Virus record (IMG/VR): IMGVR_UViG_3300049982_000334
Span: 1-49,862 of that record
DNA: 49,862 nt
Strand: one strand, 5' to 3'
Source of the DNA: a virus
Lineage: Duplodnaviria > Caudoviricetes
Shown: positions 44,698 through 49,862 of the stretch, piece after piece
How positions within the stretch are numbered: position 1 is the stretch's first letter
How the letters are laid out: each line of letters starts with the position of its first letter
Translations under genes and position numbers: made by a program
The notes under the pieces: generated by a model
The model's database searches: none
What the model was told of the DNA's origin: nothing
Seen by the model: only the letters and a program-made list of their open reading frames with translations

Positions 44698-45392
44698 CAA
44701 CCCAGTTCCTTCTGCAGATCGGCCATGACGGCCGCGAACTTCTCCGGCGGGGTGGCGCCGGGCTTCTGGATGTCGTGAGCGGCGAACAGCTTCTTCACCG
44801 CCTGGAACCCCTTCTTGCCGATCAGGTCCGAGGCAGCGGTCTTGATCGTGTCGATCGTGATCTCAGCCGTTCCTTCGCCCACCGCAGCTGCGCCGTCGGC
44901 GTCGCCCGCCGGATCTTGTGCGTCGGCGGCAGCCTGGCCAGCAGACGCTCCGGCGTCATCGGCGTCGGCGGCCGACCCCTCGGCAGGGGCTTGCGCTTCT
45001 TCAGCTTCGGCCGGGGCCGTTTCTTCGGCGGCGCCGGTTTCGGCTCCGTCGGCAGCCGACCCGGCTTCCACAGTATCTTGCGCGGTTTCCGTGGATCCCA
45101 CGGCTCCGGCGTCTCCGTCAGCAGCATCTGCCAGCGCTGGGCCGACGCCGTCCCCGCCGCCGGTAGCGCCACCATTGGTGAGTGCTTCTCCAGCAGCCGG
45201 CGTATGTGCGGCGGCAGGTACTGGCTTTCCCGTGCTGCGCGGTCGGCCGCGTGGACGCGGTGGCGCTTCAGCCGCGCCGTTGCGGTCGCCCGATGCGTCC
45301 TCCACCGGGCGAAACCAGTCGGCGGCTTCCAGCACCGCCGTCTCCAGGTCCGTTCGGCTCATCGCCTTGATTGTCAGTTCGTAGGCAGCCAT
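44697..45392 (-). CDS. Ala/Glu-rich hypothetical with C-terminal helical domain
   Basis: Acidic low-complexity centre; upstream of the DUF2800 gene as in APSE-like replication modules. Confidence 0.75.
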   Translation of the reverse strand: MAAYELTIKAMSRTDLETAVLEAADWFRPVEDASGDRNGAAEAPPRPRGRPRSTGKPVPAAAHTPAAGEALTNGGATGGGDGVGPALADAADGDAGAVGSTETAQDTVEAGSAADGAETGAAEETAPAEAEEAQAPAEGSAADADDAGASAGQAAADAQDPAGDADGAAAVGEGTAEITIDTIKTAASDLIGKKGFQAVKKLFAAHDIQKPGATPPEKFAAVMADLQKELG

Positions 45393-45406
45393 GGGGCTGT
45401 TGTTCC

Positions 45407-45802
45407 TTATGCTGAGAGGAGAAATTCTTCGCGGCGGGGCAGGGCTCGCCCAGCGAACGGGCCCATGTCCTCAGTCACGATGGTGATGATGCAGGTGGGC
45501 GAGACCACGAACTGGTGGCCCTCCACCAGGATGACGCGCTGCTCTGAGGCATGATCGACCGGCAGCGCGCCTGGCGGGATCAGCCGAGCAATCTGCTCGC
45601 GGATCGCCTCCATGTTGACCCCGGCGACACGCTCCAGGAACCGCACCATGGCGTGGTCGGTGACGCCCATGGTCTTGGGCGCGGCCTGAAACTCCACCTT
45701 CAGGACTTCGGCGTCACGTTCGAGACGGTTGGCCTCGTCGCGGAGCGCCTTCACCAGGCGCAGCTTGTCTTTCCGGCGGTGCAGGAGGGCGTAGCTGTTC
45801 AC
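45407..45802 (-). CDS. Hypothetical protein with TDHAxxRFLER motif (131 aa)
   Basis: N-terminal coil; VTDHAMVRFLERVAG...IITIV. Confidence 0.7.
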   Translation of the reverse strand: MNSYALLHRRKDKLRLVKALRDEANRLERDAEVLKVEFQAAPKTMGVTDHAMVRFLERVAGVNMEAIREQIARLIPPGALPVDHASEQRVILVEGHQFVVSPTCIITIVTEDMGPFAGRALPRREEFLLSA

Positions 45803-46083
45803 GCCGGCACCAGATCAGGCTCGGCGGGCAGGGGCGCCAGCAGGCGCTCGATCAGGCTCTCGTCACGGCGGTAGATGGGGCGGTAGTTGAGGCCGCAAAA
45901 ACCCTTCCTGCGGCGAGTGGGCTGTTTTTCAGCGAACCGGAGCCCAAACGGGCTTCCCCCGTGGCAAGGGCAGCCCCCGCGTTCCACAAAGACGCGGGTC
46001 ACGAGGTACACGCGGCCGACATTGGCCGGTTTCGAGCTGTTGATGCACTCGACGTAGTCACCAGGACCGATGGGCTCACTCAT
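45799..46083 (-). CDS. Hypothetical protein (94 aa)
   Basis: IGPGDYVECIN...GRVYLV...YRPI common alphaproteobacterial phage pattern; coupled. Confidence 0.7.
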   Translation of the reverse strand: MSEPIGPGDYVECINSSKPANVGRVYLVTRVFVERGGCPCHGGSPFGLRFAEKQPTRRRKGFCGLNYRPIYRRDESLIERLLAPLPAEPDLVPA

Positions 46084-47288
46084 GCTGCCTCTCCATAAAT
46101 TTCCTCGAGCGCCCGGGTCCTCCGGGCGTTGACGCTGTTGACCGCCTCATCCAGCGAGCCCTTCAGGGTCGTCGTCTGGATCTGCGGCGTGCCCTGCTGG
46201 TTCGGCCCGCCCAGACGGGCGGTGACCTGGGCGTTGTGGCCCGGGCTCCACGACATCTCGGCCAACACGAGCCTACGCGCAGACGACAGGTCTACGGCTT
46301 CGCCGGCCGCGATGATCTGGCCGATGACGCCTCGGCAGGCGGGGTCGTCCCGCATCTCCTTGACGCGCTGGGTGCGCTTGGCCGCCGGCGTCGAGCCGTC
46401 GATCCGCACCAGGCCAAACGGTGCAAGGCGTTCCTGCAATATGTCGAGCACCGATGAGTGCCACCCATAGACGGCTATCTTATCGGCCGACGCAGCCAGT
46501 TGAGATGCAAGATGTTCTGCCAAAGGCCCCGCCTTCACCTCGCCGACCAGCCTTCGCAACGAGGCCAGGTGGGCGTTTTCAGTAGGCATATCGTCGTCTA
46601 AAATTAGAGAGTTGTCAACCAACGAACGACACGGGGCGACATTCGAGACAAGCGAAATGTCGCTCCACTCCGGCAAAGCCTGCTCCGGGAAGACTTCTCG
46701 TCGTGTGCGCCGCAGGAAGATGGGGTCCAGCAGCTCCAGAAGTTCGGCGCGCGCGGAGCGCTTGTTGCCCATGATCTTCGGGCCGTGCTCGCCCATGAAG
46801 AACTGGGTGTAGCGCTGCAGGAAGTCCATGTATCCGCCTGCGTAGACGCCAGCGAAGCGCAGCCAGGGATAGAGCTCCCCTGCATGGTTGGGAGCGATCG
46901 TCCCCGATAGCGCCCAGACGTGCCGGGCCCGGCGGGCCGGCGACGCATGCCCCAGCAGCGCCTGGGTCCGCTGGGACGAGATGTTCTTCAGCCGGTGGGC
47001 CTCATCGAAGATGTAGACGTCCGCACCCCTGGCCAGGCCGCGGGTCAGGGCGATGTCATAGGAGCGGATGTCGTACTTATAGAGACCCCACCCCCACTGC
47101 TCGATGGCCGCCTCCCACACCCCGACGGCGATCGCCGGGCAGGTGATGGAGACGCTGCGGGCGCCGACCATGTCCGCCGCAACTACAGCCTGGGGTGTCT
47201 TGCCGACGCGCGGCTGGTCGCCGAGAATGGCGAAGCTACGATCGGCCAGCCAGGCGGCCCCGGTCTCCTGGTACGGAAAGAGGTTCAT
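46080..47288 (-). CDS. SNF2-like SF2 helicase (402 aa)
   Basis: LFPYQ, GDQPRVGKT, FDEAH, LSGT..PN, RIDGST, AAGEAVDL, WSPG...Q...R; start at 47288 (ATGA). Confidence 0.9.
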   Translation of the reverse strand: MNLFPYQETGAAWLADRSFAILGDQPRVGKTPQAVVAADMVGARSVSITCPAIAVGVWEAAIEQWGWGLYKYDIRSYDIALTRGLARGADVYIFDEAHRLKNISSQRTQALLGHASPARRARHVWALSGTIAPNHAGELYPWLRFAGVYAGGYMDFLQRYTQFFMGEHGPKIMGNKRSARAELLELLDPIFLRRTRREVFPEQALPEWSDISLVSNVAPCRSLVDNSLILDDDMPTENAHLASLRRLVGEVKAGPLAEHLASQLAASADKIAVYGWHSSVLDILQERLAPFGLVRIDGSTPAAKRTQRVKEMRDDPACRGVIGQIIAAGEAVDLSSARRLVLAEMSWSPGHNAQVTARLGGPNQQGTPQIQTTTLKGSLDEAVNSVNARRTRALEEIYGEAA

Positions 47289-47491
47289 CCCAGGTTCAGA
47301 AAGTCGTTCGGAGTGACCCGCCCGCGGGTGATGGTATAGATGGTTCGCAGGGTGCGCCGGTTCGGAAAGCGGCTCATGCTGTCGGTCTCCGGCAGGCAAT
47401 AGCGGCGTGCTGTTTCCTCGCTGACGCCAATCAAAAGCCCCAATTTTTCAAGGGATAGTCCCTCTTCCTTGCGGAATTCTTCTAGTGTCAT
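47285..47491 (-). CDS. Cro-like HTH_XRE regulator
   Basis: MTLEEFRKEEGLSLEKLG..IGVS..T..RY...P...I..IT.GRVTPNDF; divergent from the repressor. Confidence 0.85.
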   Translation of the reverse strand: MTLEEFRKEEGLSLEKLGLLIGVSEETARRYCLPETDSMSRFPNRRTLRTIYTITRGRVTPNDFLNLG

Positions 47492-47617
47492 CCTAGGTGC
47501 AATGTCCCTCGTTGTCGCCCGGTGTCGACTTTTCCGCTCAATGGGTGTAGATTTCTTAACCAGTATGCTACATATTGTCGCTCAACAGAACGACAACACC
47601 AAACGAGGCCACTCCCA
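47492..47617. promoter_or_regulatory. Immunity switch region containing TTGTCG-N10-CGACAA (47575-47596)
   Basis: AT-rich divergent intergenic region between cro and repressor; further TGTCG half-sites near 47512-47528. Confidence 0.65.
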
Positions 47618-48052
47618 ATGACCCGTTCGCCCAAAGCGCTCATCAATGATCTGACCCCAAACTCCGACGGGGGGATCGCTTCTCCGACGTCCATGTCTCA
47701 CCAGGCGAAGGAAGCCTTCGCCCGTCGGTTGTGGCGCCTGATGCTCAACAAAGGTTGGAACCAGGCCGAACTGGGAAGGCGTGCGGGACTCAGCCGCGAC
47801 GTCATCCACAGCTACGTTAATGCAAAGTCACTCCCCAACCAAGAAAGCCTGATGGGCCTGGCTCGCGCGTTCGGCGTGACGGCGGCGTCGCTCATCGTCG
47901 GCGACGAAACCCTGGCGACACCGGCCGCCGGCGCCCCGGCGCCCACCCTGCATATGTCGCCGACCAGCGACGGCAAGGTCTTCCTCCAGATCAACATGGA
48001 GATCGATCAAGCCAAGGCGCTAAAGATGATCGCACTTCTGCAGGACGGGTAG
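47618..48052 (+). CDS. CI-like XRE repressor without S24 peptidase domain (144 aa)
   Basis: FARRL..LM..KGWNQAELGRRAGLSRDVIHSYV....P.....LARAFGV; GAGG before ATG 47618. Confidence 0.85.
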   Translation: MTRSPKALINDLTPNSDGGIASPTSMSHQAKEAFARRLWRLMLNKGWNQAELGRRAGLSRDVIHSYVNAKSLPNQESLMGLARAFGVTAASLIVGDETLATPAAGAPAPTLHMSPTSDGKVFLQINMEIDQAKALKMIALLQDG

Positions 48053-48287
48053 GCTGGGCTCCCTGCTCGGCGACGATAAACTTGTTCAGGTCGATAGGCG
48101 ACCCGTTCAGTGCCTCGTGGGCGAGCAGGTTGACCAGGCAGTAGGACGGCATGCTGTCGCGCACCAGCCATTGGCTGACGGACGCGCGGGTGATCTCGAC
48201 GCCCATCTGGCGCAGCCGGCGCCAACAGTTCGTCGGCCCGCCCAGGGTGTAGACGAAGCCCCTGACATTGAGGTGGTAGGTTTCCAT
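47991..48287 (-). CDS. Second Cro-like HTH protein (98 aa)
   Basis: LGGPT...RRL...ITRASVSQW..RDSMP; convergent overlap with the repressor 3' end. Confidence 0.7.
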   Translation of the reverse strand: METYHLNVRGFVYTLGGPTNCWRRLRQMGVEITRASVSQWLVRDSMPSYCLVNLLAHEALNGSPIDLNKFIVAEQGAQPTRPAEVRSSLAPWLDRSPC

Positions 48288-48346
48288 GGTCGCGATTATG
48301 CGTGGAGTGCTGTCGGCCAACAAGGTGTTAAAGTTGATAAGAACCT

Positions 48347-48377
48347 ACTTGTAGACGACAAAACGTCGGGGTAGACT
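48347..48377 (+). promoter_or_regulatory. Promoter for the xis-int operon (TTGTAG-N17-TAGACT) overlapped by the GACG-N6-CGTC site
   Basis: Seen directly; site shared with 27932-27952. Confidence 0.5.
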
Positions 48378-48403
48378 GGTCCCCAGCAAGCAGGGAGAAC
48401 GCC

Positions 48404-48577
48404 ATGGAAAACGATCGCAAGGTCACCGTCATGCAGTGCAGCTGCGGCTACCCGCGCTGTTTGGACTACTGGCTGGTGGGCCTGGGAAGGTTTGTGCAGA
48501 GTTCCGGCTTCACCAAGGACGAGGCGGAAAAGATCGCCCGTCTGTGGAACGCTGAAGAACTCGAACCGGCAGCGTGA
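48404..48577 (+). CDS. 57-aa hypothetical with CxCx4C motif
   Basis: GGGAG RBS; MENDRKVTVMQCSCGYPRC...EAEKIARLWN; GTGA overlap with xis. Confidence 0.65.
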   Translation: MENDRKVTVMQCSCGYPRCLDYWLVGLGRFVQSSGFTKDEAEKIARLWNAEELEPAA

Positions 48578-48900
48578 CCCTGCTCACCCAGGCCGAAGTC
48601 GCCAGGCGACTGCACAAGTCGGAGAAGACCGTGCAGCGCCTGCGCGAGGAGGGCAAGCTGGCCTATCTCAAAGGGAGGCCGATCCTCATCGAGGAAGACG
48701 AGCTCGCGCGCTACATCAGGAGAGAGACATGCCGCGCCACAACCAAGGACCCTACCTCTCGGACGAGCGGAACGCGCACGGCGTCTTCGAAATTCGATGG
48801 ACCGAGAACGGCCGGTCTAAGCGCAAGAGCACGGGCGAGGGCGATTATCGGAAGGCTCAGCGAATCTACGCTGAGTTCCTTCTCGCGCTCGACGAAGTAG
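48574..48900 (+). CDS. xis: Excisionase (MerR-like HTH_17)
   Basis: LLTQAEVARRLHKSEKTVQRLREEGKLAY..GRP..I.E..L..YI; directly upstream of and overlapping int. Confidence 0.8.
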   Translation: MTLLTQAEVARRLHKSEKTVQRLREEGKLAYLKGRPILIEEDELARYIRRETCRATTKDPTSRTSGTRTASSKFDGPRTAGLSARARARAIIGRLSESTLSSFSRSTK

Positions 48901-49862
48901 CCGAGGCGCAAACCTCGGTCACTATAGAGCAGGTGATCTCCGCCTACGTGGCCGACAAGACCGACGTCATGGACAGGAACAGCCAGGAGGTCACCTTCGG
49001 CCACCTGAAGACCCACTTCGGCGCCCTGGCGGTGACGGAGATCGAGGAGCGCGATGTGGCCTCGTACCTTACCCAGCGCGCCGCCGGGCTCGTATCGTTT
49101 GTCGATGCCAAAGGGCGGGTGCGCGGTGGCAAGAAGGCAGGGGAGGGCACGGTGCGCCGCGAGCTGGGCATGCTGTCGACCGCCATCGCCCACTGCATCG
49201 ACAAGAAGCGGTTCAAGGACGCCCAGGGCCGCCCGGTGCTCAAGCCCCACGACAAGCCCTATATCGAGCTGCCAGCCGCCCCCGCGGCGCGTGACCGCTG
49301 GTTGAGCCGGGACGAGGCGCGGAGCCTGCTGGCGGCCGCCGCGGCGTACCAGGACACCGACGACGGCCGGCTGCCGCGCGTCTACCGCTACATCGCGCTG
49401 ATGCTCTATACCGCTGCGCGTAGGGAGACGGTCTTCTCGCTCACCTGGGATCGGATCCAGATCGACCGCGGCCTGATCAACTTCCAGGTCCACGGCCGCC
49501 GGGTCACGAAGAAGCGGCGGGGCTGGGTGCCGATCGGCGCCGAGCTGAAGCCCATCCTGGAGCGGGCCCACCGCGAGCGGTGCAGCGAATTTTTCCTGGA
49601 CAGGCCGACGCCGCCGCACAAGGCGTTCCGCACCGTGGCGAAGCGGGCAGGGGTGACGCAGGTCTCGCCGCACGTCCTTCGCCACACCTGGGCGACCTGG
49701 GCGGCGCAGGACGGCGTCTCGCTGTTCGACATCGCCGGCGTGCTGCATGACACTGTGGCGACGGTCGAGAAGAAATACGCCCACCACTGCCCAGAGCACC
49801 TGCGCAACGCAGTGAACCGGCCGCTACTGCTCGTTGGAGGAACCGATGTCGAAGCCGCTTGA
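48729..49862 (+). CDS. int: Tyrosine recombinase/integrase (377 aa)
   Basis: Arm-binding N-terminus (IRWTENGRSKRKSTG), YTAARR (R), KKRR (K), HVLRHT (HxxR), LHD, KYAH (Y). Confidence 0.95.
   Translation: MPRHNQGPYLSDERNAHGVFEIRWTENGRSKRKSTGEGDYRKAQRIYAEFLLALDEVAEAQTSVTIEQVISAYVADKTDVMDRNSQEVTFGHLKTHFGALAVTEIEERDVASYLTQRAAGLVSFVDAKGRVRGGKKAGEGTVRRELGMLSTAIAHCIDKKRFKDAQGRPVLKPHDKPYIELPAAPAARDRWLSRDEARSLLAAAAAYQDTDDGRLPRVYRYIALMLYTAARRETVFSLTWDRIQIDRGLINFQVHGRRVTKKRRGWVPIGAELKPILERAHRERCSEFFLDRPTPPHKAFRTVAKRAGVTQVSPHVLRHTWATWAAQDGVSLFDIAGVLHDTVATVEKKYAHHCPEHLRNAVNRPLLLVGGTDVEAA

Larger units (their letters stand above)
1..49862. mobile_element. Temperate podovirus-like prophage, apparently complete (lysis, virion, packaging, replication, immunity, integration modules)
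   Basis: Continuous phage gene set from spanins/endolysin to tyrosine integrase; tightly coupled genes with many ATGA/GTGA/TTGA/TGATG overlaps; no tape measure or sheath gene; att cores not seen inside the window. Confidence 0.93.

Noticed and set aside
48492-48728. 456-aa integrase start from the ORF track (likewise extended starts for endolysin, spanins, fibre, terS, NDT, helicase, repressor)
   Set aside because: The extensions overlap upstream genes; downstream starts with an RBS or stop-start coupling fit better.
1-49862. tRNA or rRNA genes
   Set aside because: No cloverleaf, T-loop or rRNA signature recognised by eye; a tRNAscan run would be needed to exclude them.

Overview
The window is one apparently complete ~50 kb temperate prophage with podovirus-type (T7/APSE/BPP-1-like) architecture in GC-rich DNA. 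CtrA- and GcrA-like genes point to an alphaproteobacterial, probably Caulobacteraceae, host. Most genes are on the minus strand. From left to right: HNH-like gene; spanins and SAR endolysin; internal virion/ejection proteins, tail tube proteins and two beta-helix depolymerase/tailspike genes with small antisense membrane-protein genes; decoration, capsid, scaffold, portal and TerL; a tail-fibre-like block; TerS; a short plus-strand operon; a repeat-rich putative origin; a split Prim-Pol/PriCT-2/SF3 helicase locus; accessory genes (MTase, Lar-like); family A DNA polymerase; a TGT/DpdA-like + nucleoside deoxyribosyltransferase + QueD-like trio; GcrA-like and CtrA-like DNA-binding proteins; RusA, SSB, Cas4-like exonuclease and SNF2 helicase; cro/repressor switch; xis and tyrosine integrase. 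The att cores are not visible. Main highlights: (1) a minimal putative 7-deazaguanine-type DNA-modification module coupled to the polymerase; (2) an adjacent pair of truncated CtrA and GcrA cell-cycle regulator mimics; (3) a primase gene cut inside PriCT-2 by a small inserted gene and carrying a probable overprinted ORF. All family calls come from motif recognition by eye; no database searches were run.
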